Shown here: in pieces, positions 27,574 through 41,320 of the stretch
How the letters are laid out: every line of letters begins with the position of its first letter
Position numbering within the stretch: the first letter of the stretch is position 1
Notes under the pieces: model-generated
Database searches by the model: none
What the model was told of the DNA's origin: nothing
Seen by the model: the letters and a program-made list of their open reading frames with translations, nothing else
Assembly: GCF_964355755.1 (NCBI RefSeq)
Contig: NC_092672.1
Coordinates: forward strand, 11,594,001 to 11,658,000
DNA length: 64,000 nt
Origin: Antedon mediterranea
Taxonomy: Eukaryota > Animalia > Echinodermata
Direction of reading: 5' to 3'
Made by a program: the position numbers and the translations under genes

Positions 27574-27812
27574 TGATGATGATGACCCTGATGGATGATG
27601 ACCCTGATGAGTGCCGATGAATCAGACTTACTGCTGCTACTAGTGATAAAGAAGAGGCAATAGTACAACCAATGAGTTGATGATGATGATGACCCTGATG
27701 GATGATGACCCTGATGAGTGCCGATGAATCAGACTTAGCTGCTGCTACTAAGTGATAAAGAAGAGGCAATAGTACAACCAATGACTTGATGATATGATGA
27801 CCCTGATTGAGT
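27511..27812 (+). repeat. Triplication (~107-bp unit) of the FTSJ1 C-terminal codons plus stop
   Basis: GAATCAGACTTA(G)CTGCTGCTACTAGTGATAAAGAAGAGGCAATAGTACAACCAATGA(C/G)TTGATGA at ~27511, ~27618 and ~27726. Confidence 0.9.
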
Positions 27813-27825
27813 GCAAAGACAATGT

Positions 27826-28394
27826 ATATTCCTTATGGCCAGGAATCGATGTGGTTATGTTTTCACGGTGCGCAATAAAAAATTACACAGTCTACGCACG
27901 ATTTAACGAAATCACGTTTGTAATCATATCTTCACAAGCATGAATCACAACTAAATAAAATTTGGGACTAATAAATTTCAGGGCATAAATCATCATATGG
28001 CAATACAATTACGTGCGTAGGGCATGTAAAGCATGCGTACACACGCTTAAAATTTTCCAAATTGTCAAAATTTATTTTCGATGAAATAAGAATACGTTTC
28101 AGGCAATTTTAAGCGTTTAAAAAATTGCCATGAGTGCGCAGATTTTTGCATGTGTACTGCGCGTTGAATGTTAATACGCACTCTTTTTGCCCGATTTCTG
28201 TTTTCTTGACTTACTTTTCAACTCAAATTTCGTTATACGAGCACGTCAAAAGTGACAGGCTACGCACGTGTAAATTATAAAAATATAGGCTAAATGTTTT
28301 TAAACATTTTTAAACATGTTCAGCAATTTCAGTTGGTCGATTGGTAAACACTAACTTGAGCACGTGACTGCAGCCATCTTATATGGCCTTGTTT
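27826..28394 (+). mobile_element. 5'-truncated Helentron-type non-autonomous element (same family as 62439-63287)
   Basis: Collinear with 62652-63150 (ATATTCCTTATGGCCAGGAATCGATGTGG...). Ends GCACGTGACT..GCCAT..ATGGCCTTGTTTT. Confidence 0.75.
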
Positions 28395-28559
28395 TGACAC
28401 ATAAAAGTTTGATAGTGTAGACAAAGCGTTACTACTACTGTATTTATTCTATGTTGGAATGGAAAGTTTAATTAGGTTCTTTACTTTAACGATTCTTATT
28501 TTATTTAAAGATGCAGCGAGTTTGATGCTTGTAATAGTTGCCTTCTCTCCTTTTGTTTG

Positions 28560-28830
28560 CATGAATGTTGAGGTTGTTTTTTAATGTATTTGAGCTGTTA
28601 ATGACATATTCTGGCCGCGAGTTCCATTTATTAATTGCTCTGACGTAAACAAAATTATCTCTCCCGATAGTATTATGTTTTTTTTAATGAGAGAGTGTCC
28701 TCTAGTTGTGTACCGTCTTTGAGTGAAAAATGAATTTTCCTTGATATTTTCTATACCATGGATGGTTTTGAACATTTCGATAAGACCACATCTACTTCGT
28801 CCTTCTCCAGAGGTGTTGGTAAATGTAGCT
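28560..28830 (-). mobile_element. CR1-type LINE ORF2 3' remnant
   Basis: Translation RSRCGLIEMFKTIHG..FF..TTRGHSL matches the CR1 ORF2 C-terminal pattern RR.RGDLIE.YKI..G...TRGH..KL. Confidence 0.7.
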
Positions 28831-29923
28831 TTGTTAGTCATAATTTAGCGGGAAGATTCTTTTAATAGTTTTGACACAAGTTTGATTTCTGAAGTATTCA
28901 TGACATTTTATTTTGAATAAATCATACAAAAGCTGTATCATTATTATTGGATTTTGCCACAATTATGTTTGATTTCACCTTTTAAACGCTAATTTTGATA
29001 CAGAATATTAAAACTATGTGTAATATACAATAAAGAAATAATGTGTGTATGTATTGAAAACATATCTCATAATGCAAAGCGCGTGTTTGGCTACTCTGTG
29101 TATGGATAATCATAAAACGTCTTCGCGATCTGTGTGAAAACACCTTTTCAACCGTGACGAGTTGCAAACAATCCTAATTAACATGCATAATGCATACTCT
29201 TGGTTTGAAATCTTTGTTTACTTTCGCTCTTGACAATTTTCAAGATGAACTGTGTTAAAGTGAAAACTTAAATATTACTTTGATATGGCCAATTTAAATT
29301 TAAAATATTTTGAGCTTCATTTTTTTTGTTTCAAGGGACAATACATCTTTAAGTAATATAGACATAATTCTTTTAAGACTACTTTATTTCAACATTATTT
29401 TAAAACATTTTAAAATCTGCTTGCGGAACACTATAGTGTATACAGCTTATAAACTAATACTAAAATAATGGTTCTACAGTCTACAATAAGAGTAACTATT
29501 CCTATTTCAACAAAATACAAACATTTGACAATGTCAAAAATAATAATATTAACATATTGTCTTACTCTATTCAAATTAAGTACTCTACATAAATGCATTT
29601 AAATTATATTGGAAATTGGAAAATTATTTATTGTTAGTGTCAAATAGTTTACTGTATTTTAAATAATGAATATTCATGCATTATCAGATCTGTAGATTAA
29701 AGATTTCAATTGGTCAATGTTTTAAAGGTCAAACAGCTATACTTGAACACATCTTTGTACACTCATATTACTGCTACATCACAATGCAAATCAACTGAAA
29801 ATTTAGAATATCAACCACAATTTTGGTTGCAATGCAAGATCAAGAAACACAAAAGTAGAATATGGTATTTTATAAAAAACAAATGTATCTTTAAAATTGT
29901 TTTAAAGGATTTTTAAAAGCTTT

Positions 29924-32900
29924 TTATTTTCCAAAATTGGGAAATTCTTCAGCAAACTCATCACAGTGTATTTTATGGCACTTTCCCCACGCCTTAGCCT
30001 GACAGGTACGGCTACAATACACTGCTGTACACCGCTTACAACGTCGCAACTTTCCTTCACCACCACCACACTGGTCGCAATTCATTAAAATCTCCGGACC
30101 ATAACGTCTTCGGTATCGAAGCAATACCTGTAAAAAAAATATTTAAAATTTGTGATTCTAGGCTAAAGAGGAAACAATTTTTCAATTAAAAAAATTCTGT
30201 ATTTTTAAAGTGAATACCACTTAAGCGATTGGTAAATAAAGGCCTCGCAGAAACAAAAGGATAACCAGTGTCAGAGATTTGGTTGTTCTCTCAATGTCTT
30301 GGTTGCCGAAAACCTGTGGCGGCCGAAATTTAGATTGAGACTGAATTGTACTATTGTATTCAATTTGGTTGTCCATCAAGACCAACCATTAAAATAAATA
30401 ATTTGCTTGACATAAATTATTGGTTACCACATGACCAAGAACAACTGATTCTGTGAACCCAGCAGCTACAGACACCCTGATACCACCAAGCAATTCATAT
30501 AATGGAACATTGATACATTGTTTACATACCTTTCCTAAAAAGTCTTTAAATTTGTAATTTTTGTTATCAAGTATAATACATCTGTATATATCAGCTAAGG
30601 ATCTATGATAATACCCAAGTTTGTATAGAGTCTGTGCTCTACGGTAAAATGCTTTCAACATTGTGAGACCAGTCTCTTCAGTTTCTGTAATGCAAAATTA
30701 CGATACAATAAACATTATTGCAATTATTATATGTATAAATAATACAAGTAATAATACAAGCTAAATTTATTAGTATTAGTATAATTTTATTTAACAAATT
30801 CCCATTTTCAAAAGGGGAAATAACATCTGGGCTGAATTGTGCATTGGCCATGTGTACAACATGCAAAAACCTTTATTTCCACAAAAAATGTCTTTCTCGG
30901 TGTCAATTAACCACCACAACATCACTTCCATGATAGTGGTAGAGTTGTACTAGTAAACCAGGATTCTATCAGATCCAGACTAGCCTTGAACCTGTGCTGA
31001 TTTTAGGCTATGCCACCCTTAACCGTTCAGCTATTGAATGACAGCATTATCTACAGATAACCCTTAATAAAGGTCAATGGAAGCTTGTCAACGCTTACCT
31101 GTATGTCCACATAAGCCAATTACTCTGTTGCAGTCGTCCAGGGCTTCTTTATGCATCTTAAGGTTTAGGTAACATTGAGCTCTGTTGCTAAGTATTTTTA
31201 CACGTAAATCTTCCCTGAAATAATAATAATAATAAATGAAATGGTAAACTTTAATTGAAGGTAGGACTTGTTCAATTGTTTTAAAGAGAAAGAAAACAGT
31301 GTGAAATATGAGTTCTAGCATGGTTGTGTCATATAACCCATTTATGATTTCTTATCCATTTTAAGAAGAATATGTTAATGGGGTGCTTAAACAAACATAC
31401 TGCGCAATAGCTACAGTAATCTCTACATATTATTATGTCTTAGTTAATTTCACTAAGGCCAGATATGTATAATACACATTCAACCACTATTGTTTTGGTA
31501 TAGATATTAAATTTCAGCTTTGGCCATCAACACAAAATCCGCTCTTTCTATTCTGAATTGGATGTCAAAGGCCACATAAATTGATGATTGGATATTGACA
31601 GAGGTGAAGAGCAACAATAGATGACACACACTTGACTACTGTATCACATTTTTTACCTCAATTTATATGAAATCAACCAATATAATAGCTTTTGATTTCA
31701 CGTAACATCACATGGTTGTGTGAAAATAAAATCAACCAATCCAATGACAATGATATATTCTACCTAGTGTGAAATAACATTTCTGATATGATTCAACTCA
31801 ACTGTAATAACAATGTTCTTACCATAAATAAGGTTTACCATTTTCCTGTGTATTGATTTTTACATATGGACACAAGGTTATAGCTCGACTGTATGCGTTC
31901 ATAGCAGATTTATATTTTCCATCCTTAAACAGTTGGTTGCCTTTTTCTTTCAGCCTATCAGACTCTGCACGATTTAAACCTTGAGATCCTTCTGCCTTAG
32001 CAGTCTCGTCCGTAAAAAACCTTAATGATTCAAGTAAATTTGATATATAGTTATTTATATAGTGTATATAAAAAAAAAGAACATTCATAATTACTACAGC
32101 AAATCCTTTGTTTTAAGTACCCTGATTTTACGTATGCATAATTTTAATACATAAAACTGTAGTGGTATTTTCTTACATTGAGGGCGCAATTTATCAACAA
32201 CCAACCACAAAGCCATGGCTATGATACAAGCCACACACATGCATTCCCTCTACACAGCGGTGACTGTTTTATTGATAGAAAATACATAAACATTGATGTT
32301 TTATTTATAAAACTTTATTTAAACATCGCAAACACGGCGAATTAGTCTTTTTAGCTACGACTTACGTATTTGGGGTCAATTTAAGGTCAACTTGGATTTT
32401 ACAAATCCCATGTTTTACATATGTCCCTCAGTTCTACTGTATTCAAATTAAAGGGGCACCTTGAGATTCAACAAATGTTCCTTGATAGTTGGTGGCCTTA
32501 TATGTAGTGTTGTAGTGTGGTGGTAGTGTTATATTTTCAATTGTTAATTGTCTCACAGGACAGTATCCCCTCAAAGAAGGATGCTACTCTATTATATTGT
32601 TTCTGGTTCTTTTCAAAGGAAATTGTCCCAGAGAATGGGTTGAACTCCCATCCTCGCAACCACAATTTAACTGGTTACTTGTAGATGTTAGCAGTATTCT
32701 TTAATAAATCACACCCTCAAGTCTTATGTGTTCAGGATTACTTATGTAGTTCCAAAGTTGTGCATAATCATTAGACATTTTAATATTTTGTAGACAATAT
32801 TTCTATACTCACTTATTATTTGCACTGCTTAATTTTGATTTGTAATCCATCAGTGGACTATTCCATTTTTCTTTCTTGAAAAAAAAAAGAAATCAGATTG

Positions 32901-35900
32901 ATTAATTTCTGTCAACTGCTGCAAGTACAATATTAAAAAAAAAATTAGGGACCAGGGTTTTATTTGTTGTAAAGCCATGTTGAATGTTAGTACCACACTG
33001 CACTGCATTGCATCGTGGAAATTTGTGAATAATTTGTGAACTGTGCACAACAAGGTGCATGCTATGGTTGCAGTAATAAGTACCGTATGTGTCATTGTAG
33101 GATGTGGCATGCAGTTCACATTCAGAAATTGCACATATTTTACAACAAGTTTGTGAATGATACGCGCATAGGTTGCCTATGCAGGCGTGACCAAGCATAT
33201 GTAATGTTACAGGTGTTATGTATGGTTCACATGGTTTAATATCCGTATGTAAATGGCAATATGTGCCAATAAATGGAATACATTGTCTCACATTGAATAA
33301 AATACAGTGCGAACAACAATTTGTGCAAGGGGCATATGTTTTCAAATAAAATAGTATTGTCATATGGAATGCCCTGTATACAAATCAGCATGGAAGGACC
33401 AACTGTTGATGAATTTGTTACTTACTGTCTTAGTGAACGTGTAAGGATAATCATATATTTCCCTTGGTCCAAAATATTTGAAAAGGTGTTTGTATGTGCC
33501 TTCGTCAGTTGTCCTGTTAACTTGTTGAAAATTTGTCAGTGCCAAATCACGAAGAGTCTCATCAATTGAAAATACGAAATTACTCATTGCAAACACAAGT
33601 TCCTACAGAAAGGACAAAAGAATGTTTATTGAGGGGTATTAAATCCACTTGGTCTGATTGGAATTAGTAGAAAGTGATGTAATATTAAAAATTGGTAGGT
33701 GGTCACTAAATATCGCTGTAGATCAGTCCATTAATATTAGGGAATTCAATATTGTTGGTAATTATGTTATCAATTAACATTGAGGAGGTTTGTGTAATAC
33801 GGATGGGTTTGTGGATTAAAAGGAAGGATTACTAGTAAGTTGACAAAGTGTCTTGACTGATGTTTTGAAGGTCAATGTTAAAATCCCCTAATAAACATGG
33901 CAAGATAACACATGTTATATTCCCCCTCTAGATCTGCCAAGGGTTAATTACAGTATGAAAATAGAAATCGAGTTTACAATAGGGTTAGATTTTTTCCTGC
34001 TAATTGTTCTATGAATACATTGAGGTCATAAGGTAAGAATAGATTAAACATTGGTATTAAATAATCATTTTAATAGATTATATGCATAAAAATGAATTCT
34101 TATAAGATTAATATTGGGACTCATTCGTGCATGAACGAGTCTACACACTATTATTATATAAACAAAATCATACTTCTCTTTCAAATATTTTATCTTTTAC
34201 TGATCCATCTTTCAAAAGACATGATATAATCTCCAAATATCCACGGATGATGACAGGAGAACTTGGAAAGAAAACTAAAAAGAAAAACACAAAATATTGT
34301 TTTTAATATATTATTTGTTTTTAGTTTATTAGAAAATAAACTCTATGCTTGATTTTTTTTGCCCAAAATTTCAACTATATACTAATATAATAAACAGACA
34401 ATTTTATTTTCAGAAAAGCACATTCATTCTATTTAGGACACTTTTGTAAACAGTTGGAAATTGAATTGAAAATAGATCACATTATACATAACATTTAAAT
34501 TAAATGCAGTAAATTCTCCCACAGAAAGGAGCTAGACCTGCTGATTATCTGCTCAAAACACCACAGTAGAATAGACCAATGTTTAAATCACATCCTCAAT
34601 TTTCTATTTTTGAAAGGTCATAACTGTACAATAATACCTTCTTTTTTTCTATTACTTTTCTTTTATTATGTATTACTGTACATATATTAATATTTTGTTT
34701 TAAAAATATCTTACCAACAGCCTCTAGGACTTTCAATAGGTAATAATTAGAAATCAATAATTTTGCCATTTCACGATTTTTAACGAGATGAAATACAAGT
34801 TTGGTAGTACATCCAACGATCAACTGGTCTCGTTGGTTGCGCTGTGGGCATTTAAACCAATCCATTATTGCCTGTAGTTTTAAAGATAAAAACCAACTAA
34901 AATAAATAAATAAACAAATAAAAAATATAACACAAAGTCAGTAGATATAAATTTGTATAAAAAATGGGTAAAATGGTGATAAAAAAACTTAAAACAAGAA
35001 ATATTTCTTACAAAAAACGCCGCGTAACTTTTTGACTGGGCAGTTGTAAGAACAGTCTTCATTAATCTAATATAATAGGTCGGCCAATCAAAACGCAAGT
35101 GAACAATTGGGACTTTACTTGTGATTTATGTCATTGGCCTGTCAGCACAGTCGTTTCTTTCTAGAATTAAACGCACAAACTTGTATTGGGAATAATGTAT
35201 GTGGTTATTACTATCGCATTTAGGTATTGATAATAATAATAATATGGCTTTTGAATATATAATTACTGTCTGTAGAATAACATTTATACATTTTCGGTTC
35301 GCGATCAAAAGTTATATGAATGGATTTGTAATAGGTATTTATAATAATAGTATATGGGTTGTATTATTGCTAAGCTATCACCAAATCGCGTTATAACATT
35401 ATTTCTCAGGGTTTTTTGCACCATTGATCAATACCAAACGCGTATCGGTATAGTTTTTAATGAATCATTACATTAATAAAAATACCCAATTAAATCAATC
35501 GCGTCAGTCCAATTCCGACTTATGTTTCGATCACATAGTTCTGTGTCTACACTGTCCCAACTAGTTTAACAAAAAAAGTGTGATGTGCCCAAATATGGTA
35601 GTGATATGCCCGAATATCGTAGTGATATGACATCGTCATGTCTATATAATATGGGCACATCATATTTAGTTTGATAGTATAGACAAAGCTTAAGGATTAT
35701 ATTTAAAAAATGTTTTCTTACATTTTGAACGGAAGTATTTATTTGTTTATAAGCCCAATTTTCCAGTCTTAATTTTAAATTTTGAAAAAAGTATTTATTT
35801 GTTTATAAGCCCAATTTTCCAGTCTTAATTTTACATTTTGAAAAAAAGTATTTTATTTGTTGATAAGCCCAATTGTGCAGTCTTATTTTACATTTTGAAC

Positions 35901-38900
35901 GAAAGTATTTATTTGTTGATAAGCCCAATTTTGCATTCTTATTTTACATTTTAAATGAAAGTATTTATTTGTTGATAAGCCGAATTTTCCAGTTTAATAA
36001 TAATGACCCCTTCCACAGTGCTTATAACATATACATTTTACATGATATTGACCGTGGGTTCTTTACGCCTCTGTTGCATTTGTTTTTATTGTACCTTTTT
36101 AATAAATTATTATATGTTTAGGCCTAATCACACCCAATTTAATGAAACGGTCAGATTCCGATTTCAATTGAACGAAAGTAGTACTGTATTTATTATTCAT
36201 TGATAAGCCAAGGGTCCCATGGCGTTAGCTGATATCTTGAGCATTTGACTCTTGTGTGAACCTGTAACACAAATCATTCTTCAAAATCTAAAGAAAGAAC
36301 CTCACACGTCTTTTTTGTGAGTGATACACTATGGATATGCCCACGGAAATAATATGTGGACATTGCAAACAATCATAGGCCTACAGTAACAAACATAGAA
36401 TGGCTAATAAGCATAACATTCAGACTTGCTTGTTTTCTAGTGGATTTTTATTTACTTTAGCATGTAGAATAAAACTAGTAACAGTGGCTATATTAATAAT
36501 TATACTGATTATCCTTGATGTTATCGCGTCTAATAATAAAATATTTTGTTGTTGATAAGTCCAATTTTTCAGCCTTGATTTTACATTTTGAACGAAAGTA
36601 TTTATTTGTTGATAAGCCCAATTTTGCAGTCTTAATAATGACCCTTCCACAGTGCATTTTACATGATATTGACCGAGGGTTTTTACGCCTCTATAGCCAC
36701 TGATCAATACCATAATTAATGTACTTTTTTAAATGAATATTGAAATGTTTCAACATACCCAATTCAAAAAAACGGTCCGTTTTCGAGTTCAATCTTTTGA
36801 TTAGAGAGGTTGGAGTTTCATTTTGAATTATAACATTGGCCTAGATTGACAGTCATAAAAAAGAAAGTCATTGTAAATACTTCCCTTTATGTTGACAGAG
36901 CCAAAATAAAGTTTTGACCATTATCGAATGATTATTTGACAGTGACTTATTATAATACCGGCCTGGTTGACAGCAAAAACGAAGTTATTATTTATTAAAC
37001 AAGATTTTACAGATTTCCGTCTACATCTCAATAATACTGTATTATCAGCAAAGGCTTTCATATAGACTCTCTTCTCCCAGACGTTTTTTGGGTCCAGCAG
37101 CTACCTATAAATTATAGTCGAGTTTCCAAATTCACAAAACTGTCAGCCTTAGATACTAAAGCTACCGCTATGAAACAGCTTATTAATGAATGTGTCCTCC
37201 TGGGACATAGCTGGCTAGAGCCGCGGCGCGAAAAAAAATGTATTTGCCATATTACCCTCAGAAACCTTTTTGCTCAACAGAAAAACTGTTTTTGAATAGT
37301 AAGGCATTATTAAAAATTACTGTACAAGCTTGTACGTTCTCAATGCTCGAAAGTAACACTTAATACTACTCAATACTGCTCAATGTAGTCCAAATTGACT
37401 GCCAAATGTATACACTATCACGTTAGTTAATTACCTTTTATAGTAGGTACAGGTAGTATAAACATTAATATGCTTAATTTCATTTAAAGGCCTACAAAAA
37501 ACAAAATGTTATGCTAACCCAAATTGAGCAAAATCTAGATAGCTTTTTTTGAAATTAATCATTTATGTATGTACATATTATATTTATATATGATTATGAA
37601 ACAAAATCGGTAAACTTTAAATACAAATATTTAACTTACCTTCATGCATAGTTTATCTTCCATTAACAATTTTTTGGCACTATCATCATCTGCAATAGTC
37701 TGTAATGAATAAAAAGAAATGTAAAAGAATAAATTGTAGTGGCTCAAATTTTTTTTAAATAAAGGACGCTTTTGATACGAATGACGATCTAGGAACAAGT
37801 ACAGTATGTTAATATATTGTGTGCATGTGGGTTGAGAAGTACTTAAGTAGGATGTGATTCCTTTTATTTTTATTAATTCAACTTTTCAATAAAATGCATA
37901 TACTGAACAAATAGAAAAAACGGACATTTAGTGAAGGATAGGACGGGGGTAAACATGGTCCAGTTCCAATTCCTTTATTCCTTGACATGGTTCAGGCGGT
38001 TTCTAGGGTTCCAGACGACGGTTATTGCAATTTAAAAGCTACCTGGTTTGTTGAAGGTTCCACGTCAACAACTTTGGAAGATCATGGATTTTAAGGTCTC
38101 TGAATTACACATGAAAGTATAGTTTATTGGATTTGTAAAACTTGCTAGTGAAGAAGAAAATTTCAGCATAATCTGATTTTAACAAATGCATGTAAAAACA
38201 CTAGTCTTGGTGGTTCTAGACTGAAATTAGTAAAAACATAAATATTTTGGCACATATGGCGTTTCATACATATAATATGAGCTCAAAGGCTGAATAGTGT
38301 ACTATTCATAAAAAAGAACAAAAAAAAAAACAAACAAACAACAAATCATAATTTTACCATTTGTAAAATTCCCATAGAATATATACGAAGATAATACGCC
38401 CATCGATTTTTTGTTGAAGTCATATCCTTTAGACCTGGCTCCATTTCTAGATTTCCAAAGTCAGATCGTGGTAGGATGTATATAGGCGAGTCCATCATTG
38501 CTTTTTCTTCAAATTGGTAAAGCTTTTTACGTTGGTAGATTTTACTTAGAAGCTTCAATGCGTTATCTCTGTATAGGAAGTAACCAAGTGTCTGGATTCC
38601 ATTGGCTGATGTGAGCGCCCTGCCAAAAACCTGTGGTGCTATGTCAAACATATCATACAGGGCAACAATAGCACACACACCAGGAACTATGTAGGCAGAA
38701 GTATCAGATTTTGAATTCATGCATGCTGCAAACAAACAAAAATGGTAAATAAAAGTGCAGATTACAGTAAATAAACTGAAAATGGAAAGTTTAACTTAAA
38801 ATTTGTCTTTTCTAATTTATTTCATGTGCATCTAACAGCAAGTAATTTGCCAATTACAGGATGAATAAAGTATTTTTTTTTTATTTGAGGCTTAGAGAGT

Positions 38901-40542
38901 GGAGTTGAAAGAGTTGTGAGTTACAATCTTGGAAATAGGTCGGGATTGAACCCTGGACCTTAGGATTGAAAGGCAAGAATATTAACCACAAAATAGCACC
39001 ACACTACATCAAGGAACATAACAAATAATTTTTTACAATTTTTTGCCTTTGAAAATGGAGCATAAATTTGCATAATTCTACTTTTTTAAACTTATTTCTT
39101 CAAGCAAAAATCAAAGTTGGCCTCATAGACTCGTATATGTGTCGGGTTTCATGTTGCAGATTTTTTTTATAGTCTTTGTTGTAGCCTGAAAAGAGGGCAG
39201 TGACCGATATTTAAAATATTTGATACAGCATGGATAATTTGGTATAACAAGTAAAAATAATACTGAATTGTAAATATTTTCTTTTGTTATATTTCATCAT
39301 ACTGTTAAGACTAAACAATGGCCTTTTGTTAGAACACTGTCAATTGTCTAATATTTCTCACATCTTTCTGGGTAAGTTTTTGTAAAAGAAATGAATAGTT
39401 CAGTAGTATTATCTGTGATCACTAGCTTCAAACGTTGGCACCATCGATTAAAAATAGTGAGATTTAATTTTGGGACAGTAGACAAAGGAGAAACTTAAAT
39501 AAATAAAAAAAGCATAAATAAAATCCAGTTATATACTAGACATTTTTCCAATAAACAATTTTCAGCATAATCATTGTTTAATGTTTTACTTACATTCAAC
39601 ACATTTGAGAAGTATCTGAATACCACCTTCTTTCTCCATCAATTTAATGATACCCTTCCTGGACTTTGGTTCATCACAACCTCTAGCTAAGTACGCATTT
39701 AAAAGGAAGCTAAAAATTCTGATACAGTGATAATGCACACTGAGCCAATGGTCTCCCTCTTTAGATACACTGGATTCAAATTTCATCATAGCTCCACTAT
39801 TTGGTCGAAGTTTCAGAATCTGTATGACATCCGACATGAGGTCAAGTTTTAACAGGATTGCGAGTACTACTTTGTTACCGTTGAACAGCTATGAAATAGA
39901 AATACACTTATGGTTTAATAACGAAATTTGATTTCACATCCCACAGGGCACAGAGCATACATGTTACAAGCTATTGCATGCTCCTCTCGGTAGCCTTTTT
40001 GATAACAAACTTGAATTTAACATTATTTCTGATTTAACTTGGAACAAAATGACTATAGTTTCATAGAGTCGGTACTAGGCCTACACACACAATATGCAAA
40101 AGCAGTCCAGTCATTATGTTTAGCGCCAGTGGCGTTTCATAAATATCATTGAACTACTCTAGAATTTAGAAAGCTCAACACAGAAAACACAACTAAATAT
40201 AAAAAAACAAAATATAAAGTGGTGACTAACTCCAGTATGGTTTTCCATCAAATATTTTGATAAACTTGAAATAAAATAGTGTTGGATCTTCTGTCTGTTG
40301 CTGTCTTTACTGAGTTCAGCAGTTCGTGCAGAAACGTCCCTCACATCCTCGCACTTCAGAAACCTCCACAAGCCTGCAATCTCGTCCCAAATCTGCCTGT
40401 CTTTCTCATACAAGCGGCTAGCCTTTTTCTCCGGTACTTCACCATCTTTGTCGCTGACGCCAGATAAATATTTGCTAAGTCTACCATACAGTTCTTCGGC
40501 CTGTTCTATACTATGTATAGATATTTCTATATTGTGAGCCAT
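29924..40542 (-). CDS. Helical (ARM-like) N-terminus + 3 TPR motifs + C-terminal MYND zinc finger protein
   Basis: Exons 40542-40231, 39888-39594, 38725-38358, 37699-37640, 34871-34715, 34274-34174, 33602-33426, [unresolved small exon(s) ~32680-32800], 32020-31823, 31214-31099, 30684-30530, 30127-29924. TPRs: LKEKGNQLFKDGKYKSAMNAYSRAI, ILSNRAQCYLNLKMHKEALDDC, KAFYRRAQTLYKLG. MYND: CDQC..CKRCTAVYCSRTCQAKAWGKCHKIHC. Confidence 0.88.
35718..36790. repeat. ~57-bp tandem repeat plus a local duplication
   Basis: TTACATTTTGAACGAAAGTATTTATTTGTTGATAAGCCCAATTTT.CAGTCTTA about 5 times at 35718-36000; the block ~35940-36160 recurs at ~36560-36790. Confidence 0.8.
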
Positions 40543-41320
40543 ACCTTTTTAACAATTACCAAAACATAAATTTCGGCGGAGATCACAGAGAGAGGAGTAG
40601 CTACTAAAACAAAAGAGTTCAACAAAAAAACGCCGTTGAATCTTATGGAACGCCACATGGGACAATTTTCCCGTGCACGCGTTCGGGCGTTTAATACTAC
40701 TGTACTTTGAACTATTATTAATCGTCGAATCATCCAGTCCACTCTTATCTTAGTATAACTGAATTGAATAATACAATTAATTTCGGCATGGAGGTTTTTA
40801 TAGAGTGGCTAAAGTGAGTTCCTTTTTTGCAGCACACTTTTTGTTTTGGTAATTCATTAATTTAAACAATTTGTACTTTTCTATCTTCAAGTACTAAGCT
40901 ATTTGTATGTTCACACAACATAGAGAAATAATAAAAATAATTTGTATTCTATCATTCGGGACGAGAGAGAGAAAATCTAATCCACGATATCACATTAATG
41001 AGTTTAGCAATTTCATGCAATACACCATTCCAACAACAAATCAACAGTTTATTATAGGTTCAATATATGTATTTTATTGTTCAACCACTACACACTAATA
41101 AAAACTAGACACAATAAAAATTTACAATACACTGTAATTTCAACCTATGCTTTTAAGACACTTTATCACTTATCATATTCACAAGTATTTTTAAGCTACA
41201 AAGAGAGTGACACACAAACTATTTTAATACTAAAGTTGCATTATTTGCATAAAAAGTTGAAAAAAACTTCGCTGGCAGGTACGTAGTAATTTGAATGTTA
41301 TTAGGATTGAGACTAAAAAT

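Noticed and set aside
27587-27812. CTGATGAG motifs in the FTSJ1 3' repeat as hammerheads, or TGA runs as selenocysteine codons
   Set aside because: No stem II followed by GAAA, no recognisable SECIS, and FTSJ1 is complete before the first TGA.
32850-33363. Cys/His-rich ORFs of 153 aa and 94 aa
   Set aside because: Intronic in the TPR-MYND gene, TGCA-rich low complexity, no recognisable domain.
38930-39005. tRNA-like B-box (also near 30980-31035)
   Set aside because: No cloverleaf; most likely decayed SINE heads rather than tRNA genes.
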